From an uncultured Actinomycetota bacterium (GTDB taxonomy: Bacteria; Actinomycetota; Acidimicrobiia; Acidimicrobiales; Bog-793), in assembly GCA_963747085.1 (NCBI GenBank), contig CAVVDX010000001.1, positions 1,804,272 to 1,868,271 on the forward strand: a stretch of DNA of 64,000 bases. Reading direction: 5' to 3'. Shown here piece by piece: positions 50,527-59,017 of the stretch. Below the pieces are notes generated by a model. It saw nothing but the letters and a program-made list of their open reading frames with translations. It was not told the DNA's origin and ran no database searches. Made by a program: the position numbers and the translations under genes. Within the stretch, counting starts at the first letter, position 1; every line of letters starts with the position of its first letter.

Positions 50527-50553
50527 GGCGGAACTGTCTCGGCACGGCGGAAC
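50503..50553 (+). repeat. 19-bp unit ggcacggcggaactgtctc repeated 2.7 times in tandem at the pstS-pstC junction
   Basis: The copies at 50503-21 and 50522-40 are identical, and 50541-53 is a partial third copy. Each full copy carries a potential GTG start on the minus strand (ORFs starting at 50526 and 50545 both read MPRQFRRA). Confidence 0.9.
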
Positions 50554-50698
50554 GACGCCGGAATGTCGAGTTCGGCCGGAAGGGATCGGGTCAGGCTCGG
50601 TGCCGGGCCGGACGCCCTCTCGGACGCCGGCCCGGCACCTCAGCGTCGGGGCTACGTTCGCGCCCGGTGGTGCGGGGGGGGCGCAGGCCCGCTCGGAG

Positions 50699-51955
50699 TC
50701 AGCTGATCGTATTGAGCAACGACACCGTGACCGTCAGCGCGCTGGGCGCCAGCGGCAGGAAGTTGAACTGGGCCAGGTACTTGTTCGACGCCCCGTCGTT
50801 GGGGTCCGCACCCCAGGCGAGGAGCGCCTTGATGTCGTCCGCCGTCGAGGAGCTCGTCTGGTTCTGCAGCACGATCGCGTACTCGAAGTTGGCAATCGGG
50901 TACCCGTACTTGGCGGAGTGCGAGTAGATGAGCGACACCGTTCCCGGCCGGATGTTGTCCGAGTTGCCGATGCCGGGGATGTGCTGGTAGCTCGCCACCT
51001 CGTTGCCGATCGTCGTCCGGTTCAGGTTCATGTAGTTGCCCGAGGCGTTCTCGAGCGCGGCGTCACCGAGCCCGTGCGACAGCGCCGAGCGCAAGTAGCT
51101 CACGCCGATGTAGGCGATGCAGCCCTTGATGCTGATGCACGCTTGCAGCATCCCGGAGTTACCGGTCTCGGCCTGCTCGCCCGACACGGTCGGGAAGTTC
51201 GTCGAGGAGGTGTTCGGGCCGCCCATGTTGGCCTGCACGAACCCACCGTTGGTCGCCCCGTAGTCGATGTACGAGGTGAACAGGAAGGTGTCGCCGCTGC
51301 CGTCGGCGCGTTCGCAACGGCACGATGGTCAGGTTGGGCAGCTTGATTCCCTTGTTGATCGACGTGATTTCCGAGTTGTCCCAGTTGGTGACCTTGCCGG
51401 AGTAGATGTCGTTCAGCACGTTGGCGTTCAGCTTGACGTGGGTCGAGGACGATAGGCCCGGGATGTCGTAGTCGATCTGCTGGGCCGAGACGACGATCGG
51501 GATGTTCAGCACGTTGGACGGGATGCTCTGCGGCAGGTAGGCGTCCGAGGCGCCGATGTTGATCGTCCCGGCTTCAGCCTGCGCCTGCCCCGTGCCCGAA
51601 CCGGTCCCGGCCGGGCTGATGCTGAGACCGAGCGGCTTGACTCCGGACCATGCGACGAACAGCGGGTAGAACAGTGTCGAGCCGGTCTCCGAGACAGTGT
51701 CGCCGGAGTGGGCCAGCTTCTGGAACTTGGCGAGCTGGGACTCGAGGGTGCTCAGGCTGCTGGTGGACGACGAGCCGCCTTTGCTCTTGCTCTTCTGCGC
51801 CTTGACGTGGGTCGACGCGCTGGCGAGCGGCGCAAGCACCGCTGCGGTCGCCAACGAGCCGGCGACGACGGCGGCCCCAGCGATGGCGAGGCGACGACGG
51901 GCTCGGCTGGGCCGCGCTGCGCCGCGGTCCCTCCGTGAATCGGGCTCATCTGCAT
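50699..51955 (-). CDS. pstS: Phosphate ABC transporter substrate-binding protein PstS; two frame breaks (~51900, ~51300)
   Basis: GAAAGGAG precedes ATG 51955 (MQMSPIHGG..). The signal ..RRRLAIAGAAVVAGSLATAAVLAPLASA is in a shifted frame. Reads ..GSTLFYPLFVAWS..SPAGTGSGTGQAQAEAGTINIGASDAYL.. (ORF 51159-51854), then ..RADGSGDTFLFTSYI..CIAYIGVSYL..YPIANFEYAIV.. (ORF 50699-51238). Confidence 0.8.
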
Positions 51956-52118
51956 CGAAGCTGGTGCTCCTTTCGGATCCGGTCCGCTTTCTGCGGACGG
52001 TGTGGTGGGGCGGTGGTCAGGGACGCAGCCTCGCCGTCGCGCCGCGTGGTGAGAGACGTCCGAGTTGCTCCACCCGGACGACGGCCGCACCCGAACAGGT
52101 CGGTGGCTCCGGTCGGGC

Positions 52119-52952
52119 TCAGGTCTCGCTGCCGAGGTAGCGCGCGGTCTCGCTGTGCGCCGGGTTCTCGAAGAGCTGCTGCGTCGGGCCGGTCTCGACG
52201 AGGTGGCCCTGGTAGAAGAAGATCGTGTTGTCCGACAGCCGGCGCGCCTGGGCGAGGTTGTGGGTGACGATGATCACCGTCAGCTTCGGCGTCAGCCGCC
52301 GGACGAGTTCCTCGACGGCTTCGGTGGAACGCGGGTCGAGCGAGGAGGTCGGCTCGTCGAGCAGCAGCACGTCCGGCTTGACGGCAAGCGCGCGAGCCAG
52401 GCAGAGCAGCTGCTGCTGACCTCCCGACAGGCGGAAGGGCGAGTCGTTCAGGCGATCGGAGATCGCGCTCCACAGCCCGACCTCGGCGAGGGAGGTCTCG
52501 GCGATGTCGTGGAACTCCGAGCGCTTGGCGAGCTTGTGGGCCTTCACGCCGGCGACAACGTTGTCGAGGATCGACATCGGGAACGGGTTCGGGCGCTGGA
52601 AGACCATTCCCACCCGACGACGCAGGACGAGCGGGTCCATCCCGCGGCTGTGGATGTCCTGACCGTCGAAGTAGATCGTGCCCCGCTTCCAGAAGCCGTG
52701 CACCCGGTCGTTCATCCGGTTGAGCGAGCGCAGGAAGGTCGTTTTGCCCGAGCCCGACGGACCGACGAGTGCGGTGATCGATCCCGCCGGGAAGTCGACG
52801 GTGATGTCCTGCATGACCGTCGTCCCGCCGAAGCCGAGCGAGACGTTCCCAGCGCTCATCACCGGTGCGCCGCCGTGCATCTCCGAACGGACGGGTTCGC
52901 CGATCTCCGCGGTCAGGACGCGCTGGCCTTGCTCGCCCGGCTCGAGATCCAT
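52119..52952 (-). CDS. pstB: Phosphate ABC transporter ATP-binding protein PstB
   Basis: Walker A: GPSGSGKTT. Signature: LSGGQQQLLCLARAL. Walker B: LLLDEPTSSLD. H-loop: VTHNL. Confidence 0.9.
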   Translation of the reverse strand: MDLEPGEQGQRVLTAEIGEPVRSEMHGGAPVMSAGNVSLGFGGTTVMQDITVDFPAGSITALVGPSGSGKTTFLRSLNRMNDRVHGFWKRGTIYFDGQDIHSRGMDPLVLRRRVGMVFQRPNPFPMSILDNVVAGVKAHKLAKRSEFHDIAETSLAEVGLWSAISDRLNDSPFRLSGGQQQLLCLARALAVKPDVLLLDEPTSSLDPRSTEAVEELVRRLTPKLTVIIVTHNLAQARRLSDNTIFFYQGHLVETGPTQQLFENPAHSETARYLGSET

Positions 52953-53034
52953 ATCCGCGGCAACCTAACCCAGGTAGCTGAACGGAAGGCAAACAGACGA
53001 TGTCGCCTCGATGACGCGACAGTAAAAGGTTCCC

Positions 53035-53077
53035 GCCGGGATGCCGGGCATGCAGCCTTCTCGCCCGGCATCCGGGC
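53035..53077. promoter_or_regulatory. 14/15-bp inverted repeat (GCCGGGATGCCGGGC-N13-GCCCGGCATCCGGGC) in the pstB/phoU divergent intergenic region
   Basis: The arms at 53035-53049 and 53063-53077 are reverse complements with one mismatch. An unusually A/T-rich stretch (52955-53030) lies just upstream. Confidence 0.35.
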
Positions 53078-53170
53078 TAGGGTCGCTGCATCGCCGACTT
53101 CATCCGGAACTCGCATCCTGACACGCTGCAGGCCGGTTCCGCCAGCCCGGCCGCTACGGGCCGCGGCGCG

Positions 53171-53944
53171 GTGGACGGCTCGGGCGAGAACGGCACCTTC
53201 GCGGCGCGTTCGGGTGCGAACGCCGGCATCAGCGCGGCGAGGCCGGAGAACAGCGGGAAGGCGCTCGGGCAGAGCGAGGAGCTCGCCCAGATCGACAAGC
53301 GCGTGATCCAGCTGTTCGCGCTCGTCGGCGAGGCGATCGCAGGCTCGACGGCCGTGCTGCTCACGGGCGACCGGGTCGAAGCACGCGAGCTCGTGCAGCG
53401 CGATGCCGAGATCGACGCCCGCTACCGCGAGCTCGACGCCGCCGTGTTGCGGCTGCTGGCCGAAGGCCGAGACGTCGACGACATGGTGCATCTTGTCGCT
53501 GTGCTGCGCATCCTGCCCGAGGTCGAGCGCAGCGGCGACCTCGCCGAGCACGTCGCGCGCCGCGCCAGCCGCGGCATCACGACCGAGATGACGGCGCGGG
53601 CGCGCGGCCTGTTGGAGCGGATGGGCGATGTCGCCTGCGCGATGTGGCGGATGGCTGCGGATGCGTACGGGGACCGTTGCGACGTCGCCGACGATCTCGA
53701 CGCGCTCGACGACGAGCTCGACGAGCTGCACGTGAGCCTTACCGCCGAGCTCGTCGGCGGGACGATGACGATCCCGGTCGTGATCGAGCTCGTGCTGATC
53801 GCCCGTTTCTACGAACGCCTCGGCGACCACGCCGTCAACATCGCCCGGCGCGTCCCGCACCGCCGGCACTCGCCGCCGGCGGCGGCGGTCGAGCCCGTCG
53901 CCGGCTCGCTCGCCCCGGCACCGACGACGACCCGGCTCGCCTGA
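53171..53944 (+). CDS. phoU: Phosphate signalling regulator PhoU (start uncertain)
   Basis: Two PhoU repeats: ..QRDAEIDARYRELDAAVLRLLA..VAVLRILPEVERSGDLAEHVA.. and ..DALDDELDELHVSL..VIELVLIARFYERLGDHAVNIARR. Confidence 0.85.
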   Translation: MDGSGENGTFAARSGANAGISAARPENSGKALGQSEELAQIDKRVIQLFALVGEAIAGSTAVLLTGDRVEARELVQRDAEIDARYRELDAAVLRLLAEGRDVDDMVHLVAVLRILPEVERSGDLAEHVARRASRGITTEMTARARGLLERMGDVACAMWRMAADAYGDRCDVADDLDALDDELDELHVSLTAELVGGTMTIPVVIELVLIARFYERLGDHAVNIARRVPHRRHSPPAAAVEPVAGSLAPAPTTTRLA

Positions 53945-53946
53945 GG

Positions 53947-54369
53947 GTGCTCGCGCCGCTGCCGCCTGCCACGGCGAGGCTGCTCGCCGCGGCCGTCGCT
54001 GCCTCGCGGTGCGGACTCGGCCTGGTCGCCTTCGTCGTGCCGACGGTGCCGGCGGTCCCCTGGGTCGGTTCGGCCGAGGCCGGCCGGCGCGGGGCGCGCC
54101 TGTTCGCCCGGACGCTCGGGGGACGCGACCTCGCGCTCGGCGCGGGCCTGCTCCGCGCTCTGCTGCGCGACGAGCCGCTGGGCGGCTGGGTCGGCGCAGG
54201 CGCGCTCGCCGACGGCGGCGACCTGCTGGCGACGCTGTGGGCCTTCGACGAGCTGCCGCGCCGCTCGCGCTGGCTGATCGTCGCCATCACCGCTGGCGCG
54301 GCGTTGGCCGGTCTGGCGTGCCTGCCGTCGCTTCGGAGCTCTGCCTCCCCGGCCGGAGCCGGCAGCTAA
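53947..54369 (+). CDS. Small hypothetical membrane protein (DUF4267-like by recall)
   Basis: GTG 53947 follows the phoU stop. Reads ..LGLVAFVVPTVPAVPWVG..RTLGGRDLALGAGLL..DLLATLWAF..WLIVAITAGAALAGLACL. Confidence 0.4.
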   Translation: MLAPLPPATARLLAAAVAASRCGLGLVAFVVPTVPAVPWVGSAEAGRRGARLFARTLGGRDLALGAGLLRALLRDEPLGGWVGAGALADGGDLLATLWAFDELPRRSRWLIVAITAGAALAGLACLPSLRSSASPAGAGS

Positions 54370-54405
54370 GCCGGCGGAGCGGCGACTAAGCCGGCGGAGC
54401 GGCGA
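54366..54405 (+). repeat. Perfect 20-bp tandem duplication (ctaagccggcggagcggcga x2) at a convergent gene junction
   Basis: Copy 1 (54366-85) holds the TAA stop of the + gene at 54367-69. Copy 2 (54386-405) holds the TAG stop of the minus-strand ATPase at 54386-88. Confidence 0.9.
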
Positions 54406-55687
54406 CGGGTGCCGCGGGACCGGCGGGTGCGATCACCGACTCCGCCGCGGACCCTCCCGTGATCGCGCCGTCGGTGTCGACGATCGCCCGCTCCGCTTCG
54501 GAGAGGCGGTGCTCGACGAGGAACGACCGTCCGGCGACACGCCACAACGCGGTCGCCCTCGGCAGCCGGCCCAGCAGCGCCCCCTGCTCGGCGTCGAGCC
54601 CGAGCACCGCCGCGGCCGTGTCGACCTCGGACGCCGCCAGCCCGTAGCAGACCACGGTCTCGGAGTCGGCGAGCAGGCCCTCGGCGAGACGCGCCGTGAC
54701 GCTGCCCGCCGCGCCGGCGGCGGCGAGGTCGGAGACGCGGTGCAGCACGGCGACGTTGGCGACCCCCCGGGCGCGGGCCAACTTCCATGACGACTGCAAG
54801 AAACGTGCCACCCCGGCGTCGGCGAGCACCGCCCATGCCTCGTCGACGACGAGCACGGTGCGCGATCCTGCCGGCGGGAGGTTGTCGAGGAAGGCGACAG
54901 CGCAGGCGATCACGGCGCCGAGCGCTGCCGAGCGGTACACCGCCGCGATGTCGAGCACGAGGGCGGGGCCGCGAAGCTCGATCCCCGGCGTCGTCGGGCC
55001 GTCGAACATCCCGCGCAGCTCGCCGTGCACCAGCCGCCGCAGCTCGAGCGCAACGTCACGCGACGAGGCCTGCAGGATGCCTCCACCGAGGCCGAGCTCG
55101 TCCGCCCGTCGAGCGTCGGGCGCGAGCAGCGCCTCGACGACACGGCCGAGCAGCGGTTCGCCGCCGTCGCTCGCCACCTCGAGGGCGAGCTCGAGCGCGG
55201 TGTGCTCGACGGGGGTGAGCGGGCGACCGAGGCAGGAGGTGGCGAGCGCGGCCAGCAACCCGAGCCGGCGTCGCGCCAGCTCGTCGGGCGGCGCGGCTCG
55301 CAGTCCGGGGGCTCCGGGAGCGGCGAGGGGATTGAGACGCTGCCCGCCACCCGGGCGCAACGCGACGGGGCGGGCGCCGAGCGCAGCGGCGAGCGGGCCG
55401 TACTCGCCTTTCGGGTCGAGCACGACGATGCGGCGCCCGAACGCCGCCTGGCGGAAGAGATAGCTCTTCACGAGCGCGCTCTTGCCGCGGCCGATCTGGC
55501 CGAGCACGAGCATGTTCGGGTTGGTCAGAACGCCGGCGGCGTACAGCTCGAAGGGGTCGTGGACGAAGAGCCCGCCGAGCAGGTCGCGGCCCACGACCAC
55601 ACCGCGGCCGGGGAGCGTGGCGCTCGCCCCGAAGGGATGGGCGGCGGCGAGCTGGGCGGTCGTCGCCTCGTGCGTCGGCAGCCTCAC
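54386..55687 (-). CDS. VirB4/TraC-like ATPase (C-terminal ATPase domain only)
   Basis: GTG 55687 overlaps the upstream stop (GTGA). Walker A: MLVLGQIGRGKSALVK. Walker B: VLVVDEAWAVL. Also ..ARARGVANVAVLHRVSDL.. and ..LPRATALWRVAGRSFLVEHRLS. Confidence 0.7.
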   Translation of the reverse strand: MRLPTHEATTAQLAAAHPFGASATLPGRGVVVGRDLLGGLFVHDPFELYAAGVLTNPNMLVLGQIGRGKSALVKSYLFRQAAFGRRIVVLDPKGEYGPLAAALGARPVALRPGGGQRLNPLAAPGAPGLRAAPPDELARRRLGLLAALATSCLGRPLTPVEHTALELALEVASDGGEPLLGRVVEALLAPDARRADELGLGGGILQASSRDVALELRRLVHGELRGMFDGPTTPGIELRGPALVLDIAAVYRSAALGAVIACAVAFLDNLPPAGSRTVLVVDEAWAVLADAGVARFLQSSWKLARARGVANVAVLHRVSDLAAAGAAGSVTARLAEGLLADSETVVCYGLAASEVDTAAAVLGLDAEQGALLGRLPRATALWRVAGRSFLVEHRLSEAERAIVDTDGAITGGSAAESVIAPAGPAAPVAAPPA

Positions 55688-57129
55688 CGGCAGCCCCGGC
55701 CCGCCGGCAGGGTGCAGCAGAACGCCTCGGCCTGCGAGCCGTACAGCCGGCGCAGCTCGAGGCGGGCGAGCGCGGCTGCCTGCTCCAGCGTCCGGCAGGC
55801 CCGCTCGAGCTCGGCGCGCCCCTCGGCGGTCACGGTCACGTAGCCGGAGAAACGGTACGCGGCATGTCCGGCGGCGAGCTCCTCCTCGCGCCGCTCGACC
55901 GCACGGCGCTCCTGGTCCAGGCGGGCCGTGACGGCGAAACCGTGCCGCCGGCGCAGCTCGAGATCGGCGACCTTCTCGGTGCGGGCGTGCTCGGTGAGGC
56001 GCAACGCGCGCTGCGGCGGTCGCGGCGCCATCACCACCGCGACCGCCCGTCGCGTCCACGAGCCCAGCAAGAGGGGGAGGAGGAAGTCGTCGCCGACCGC
56101 GCTGCGCGGCCACTCGGCGATCCAGTAACAGGCATGCCAGGTGGCGTCGGTTCGCAGGCAGCTCCATTCCTCCGCCACGCCGAGCGGCCACGGCCAGCTC
56201 CCGGCCCCACCGCTCGCGGTCGCGGTCGCGGTCGCGGCCGCGGCCGCGGCCGCGGCCGCGGTGCAGCCCGCCACGAGGCCGTCGACCTCGGTCGGCGACA
56301 GCGCACGCGCTGTGGCGAAGCCGGCGGCGCGGCACCGCCCGAGGAGCCGCTCCACCTCGCCCGCCGGGCCCGAACGCTCGCCCGCGCCAGGGCCTGCCGG
56401 CTCGCTGCGGGGCGCGCCCCCGCGCCACGCGAGCGAGCACGCGAGGAGCAGCTCATGGCGAAGGAGCCCGCAGCGCTCTGCTGCGAGCAGCCTCTCGTAC
56501 GAGCGCGCCGCCGAGGATGGCGCGCCGGGGGCGTGGTGGCCGAGGCCCGTGGCGGCGTCGGGGACGGTTCGCTCGATCCAGGCGAGCCGCTCGATGGCAC
56601 CGGCGTGACCGGCGAGCGACGCCAAGAGCCCGGACCACGAGGCGACGCGGCGGGCGCGTTCGGGGCCGCCGAGCAGCGCAAAGCCCTCGGCGGGCAGGCA
56701 CACCACCGCCGTCACCCGCCCGTGGCGGCGGTCACGGATCCCTCCGGCCGGCTTTCCCTCGACCCGGCCGAGGTCGATCACGTCGAGCTGGGCGAAGGCA
56801 CCCCGCCGCGGCCCGCACGGGACCGGGGGGAGCTGGGCTCGACCCGGTCGCGAGCGAGCCGCGAGGAAGCCGAGCACGCATGGCGCCCACTCGTCGAGCG
56901 TGCGCCCGGCGACGGGCACGAACCCCGCGGCGAGACCAGCTGCGAGCGCAACGAGAGCGACACCTGCTCCCGCCTCCCGCCCCAGCGAGCGCAGCGCGCC
57001 AAGAGCGACCAGCAATCCGCCGGCCGCCGGGACGAGCTGACCGGCGCGCAGACCGGCGACGAGGCCGCGCCGGTCTCGCGGCCCGAAGCGGTACGGGCGG
57101 GGTGATGCGCCCCTCGTCTCGTCGTCCAT
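55684..57129 (-). CDS. SCO6880/PrgI-like membrane protein (VirB3 to VirB4-N-terminal analogue, by recall)
   Basis: MDDETRGASPRPYRFGPRDRRGLVAGLRAGQLVPAAGGLLVALGAL.. is a two-TM hairpin. A large soluble domain follows, ending ..GYVTVTAEGRAELERACRTLEQAAALARLELRRLYGSQAEAFCCTLPAG. Confidence 0.55.
   Translation of the reverse strand: MDDETRGASPRPYRFGPRDRRGLVAGLRAGQLVPAAGGLLVALGALRSLGREAGAGVALVALAAGLAAGFVPVAGRTLDEWAPCVLGFLAARSRPGRAQLPPVPCGPRRGAFAQLDVIDLGRVEGKPAGGIRDRRHGRVTAVVCLPAEGFALLGGPERARRVASWSGLLASLAGHAGAIERLAWIERTVPDAATGLGHHAPGAPSSAARSYERLLAAERCGLLRHELLLACSLAWRGGAPRSEPAGPGAGERSGPAGEVERLLGRCRAAGFATARALSPTEVDGLVAGCTAAAAAAAAATATATASGGAGSWPWPLGVAEEWSCLRTDATWHACYWIAEWPRSAVGDDFLLPLLLGSWTRRAVAVVMAPRPPQRALRLTEHARTEKVADLELRRRHGFAVTARLDQERRAVERREEELAAGHAAYRFSGYVTVTAEGRAELERACRTLEQAAALARLELRRLYGSQAEAFCCTLPAGRGCR
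56216..56263 (+). repeat. Hexanucleotide microsatellite (GCGGTC)x3(GCGGCC)x4 GCGGTG inside the SCO6880-like gene (encodes an A8(TA)3 tract on the minus strand)
   Basis: Read directly. It is in-frame because the unit length is 6. Confidence 0.85.
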
Positions 57130-57131
57130 GC

Positions 57132-58238
57132 TCAGCCTCCCTCCACGTGCTGGCCCTCCGCTGGCTGGTCGGCGGCCTCGCCACCACGCAACGACGCCAG
57201 CTCGGCCGTCGTGCCGGACGCGAAGGCGGCCGGGTCGAAGCTCGAAGCGGCGAAGCCGACCGACTCCACCCCCGAGGGTGCCGGCGACGGCAGGAGGTCG
57301 GCGACGTCCCAGGCCGCGCCCGCCTCTGGCAGCCCGGCAGCGATCGAGACGGCTGCTCGCGTGCCGGCGTGCCGGGCGCGTGCGGCGAGCCCCTCGAGCT
57401 GGGACACCGAGCCTGCTTCGACGACGGGTACGAGCCGCAACAGCGCAGCCGGCGCGAACGCCGCGAGCGCGAGCAGGGCGATGCCCTGCACGACCGCGGT
57501 CACCCCCGAGCCCGAGCCCAGCGTCGCCGCCGAGAGGGCGAGCACGCCGACGATCACCACCTTGGACATCACGAGGGCGGCGAGCGTCTCGGCGAGCCGG
57601 CGCGCCCAGTGCGCCGTCGCCGGCCACACCAGGCCGGCCAGCGCCAGGGGGACGAACAGTGTCGCTACCTCGATCGCCGCGGCGCGCACGACCAGCTCGA
57701 GCCAGACCAAGAACGCGACTGCTGCCGCGACGCCGGCGAGCATCACGAGGCCGAAGCCGGGCAGCAGCCCCTGCACACCTCCCGAGCCCACGAGGCCGTC
57801 GGCGAGCGAGCCGAACAGCCCGGCGACCGGGCCACGGGCCGACTCGAGCAGGAAGCCGCTCATCTGGTCGGTGGCAGATACGGCGAGACGGACGACGTCG
57901 AGCGCCGCTGCGCCGAGCAACACGGCAAGGGGGACGCGCACGAGCAGCGCGCTCACGACCTGGGACAGGTCGCGGCGCACGACGCCGTGCAGCATGGCCA
58001 ACAGGACCAGCGGCAGGGTGAGGGCGAGACCGATGGCGAGCGTGCGCGTCATCAGCGCGGCCAGCGGCGTGCCGAGGTCGGGGCCGCTCGTCTCGAGGAG
58101 CGCGTGGCCGAGGCGACCGACGAGTGAGGCGGCGCCATCGGCGACCCAGCTCGTCAAGTAGGAGAACAGCGCCCGGACGAGGGGGCCGACTGCGATGCCG
58201 ATGAGCCCCTGGGGAAGCGGGACGAAGCGCCCGCTCAT
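57132..58238 (-). CDS. Polytopic membrane protein (TrbL/VirB6-like)
   Basis: The 368-aa product has at least 6 hydrophobic segments (..LAIGLALTLPLVLLAML.., ..LLPGFGLVMLAGVAAAVAFLVWLELVV.., ..VVIVGVLALSAATLG..). It is coupled to its neighbours by an ATGA overlap at 58235-58238 and a 2-nt gap at 57130-31. Confidence 0.5.
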   Translation of the reverse strand: MSGRFVPLPQGLIGIAVGPLVRALFSYLTSWVADGAASLVGRLGHALLETSGPDLGTPLAALMTRTLAIGLALTLPLVLLAMLHGVVRRDLSQVVSALLVRVPLAVLLGAAALDVVRLAVSATDQMSGFLLESARGPVAGLFGSLADGLVGSGGVQGLLPGFGLVMLAGVAAAVAFLVWLELVVRAAAIEVATLFVPLALAGLVWPATAHWARRLAETLAALVMSKVVIVGVLALSAATLGSGSGVTAVVQGIALLALAAFAPAALLRLVPVVEAGSVSQLEGLAARARHAGTRAAVSIAAGLPEAGAAWDVADLLPSPAPSGVESVGFAASSFDPAAFASGTTAELASLRGGEAADQPAEGQHVEGG

Positions 58239-58691
58239 CGCGCCCCCTGTCCGGTGGAGAACATGAAGTTGAGCACCGTCGGAGCGGCTCCGATCAGCAG
58301 CGCGGCGATCGCCGAGACGAGGACGGCGCGTCGCCCGGTGACGGTGTGCTGGTAGTTGTTCGAGTGCGCTCCGAGCGCCCAGGTCGCCGCGCCGACGATC
58401 AACCCGACGAGCGAGGCGATGAGCGCCCAGGCAGCGAGCCCGTTGGTCAGCTGGTGCAGGGTGTCGCCTCCCGGGAGCGCCGAGGTGCTCGGCTGCAGGC
58501 TGAGCGCGCCGCCCCCAGTCGCTCCGGTCCCGGTTGCGCCGCGCAGGCGGCCCTGCGCCAGGCCTGGTCCCACGCCGCGGGCACCTCCACCGCGCACTTC
58601 CGGGACGGCAGCGGCAGAACGGGCCGCGGCGACGCGGGCGAGCACGACGTCACGCGCCCGGGTCGACAGACGCGAACAGGGAAGCAGTCAT
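58235..58691 (-). CDS. Small two-TM protein (VirB2/pilin-like; DUF6112-like by recall); possible frame break near ~58650
   Basis: ..LHQLTNGLAAWALIASLVGLIVGAATWALGAHSNNYQHTVTGRRAVLVSAIAALLIGAAPTVLNFMF. ATG 58691 has a strong GAGGAGG RBS but reads only 13 codons before a stop. The main ORF (GTG 58645) is offset by one frame. Confidence 0.5.
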
Positions 58692-58898
58692 GGGACCTCC
58701 TCGCCCACGGGCGCGGCGCCAGGCGAGCCCTCTCGAGGGCCGGCGCAGCGACGTCGCCCGCGCAGCACGTGCGCGAACGGGAGGCTGCGGCCCGAAGGCG
58801 CGGCAGCGATTCGCCGGCGCACCCTAGGAGGCACTAGCAGCCTGCTCAACGAACAGGAGGGCTCACCAGCCGACCTCCCTTCGCGCCGCGGAGCGAAA

Positions 58899-59017
58899 GG
58901 CGCGGGCAGGACGGGGCGCGGGCAAGACCGGGGCGGGCAGGACGGGCGCGGGGCAAGACGGGCGCGGGCAAGACGGGCGCGGGGCAAGACGGGGCGGGCA
59001 GAGCCGGGGCAGGACCC
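58899..59017 (+). repeat. G-rich imperfect tandem array (about 8 units of 15-16 nt, consensus GGGCGCGGGCAAGAC) in a divergent intergenic region
   Basis: ggcgcgggcaggac / ggggcgcgggcaagac / cggggcgggcaggac / gggcgcggggcaagac / gggcgcgggcaagac / gggcgcggggcaagac / ggggcgggcagagcc / ggggcaggac. The hairpin CCCGGGCGG-ccagaa-CCGCCCCGG follows at 59015-59039. Confidence 0.85.

Noticed and set aside
51956-52118. Looked for Pho-box-like direct repeats upstream of pstS.
   Set aside because: Only weak, non-periodic GTTCGGGT/TCCGGGT-like strings are present. This is not convincing without a position weight matrix scan.
58899-59017. The G-rich tandem array considered as a CRISPR array.
   Set aside because: The units are 15-16 nt and directly abutting, with no unique spacers, and no cas genes are nearby. 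It is a simple tandem repeat.
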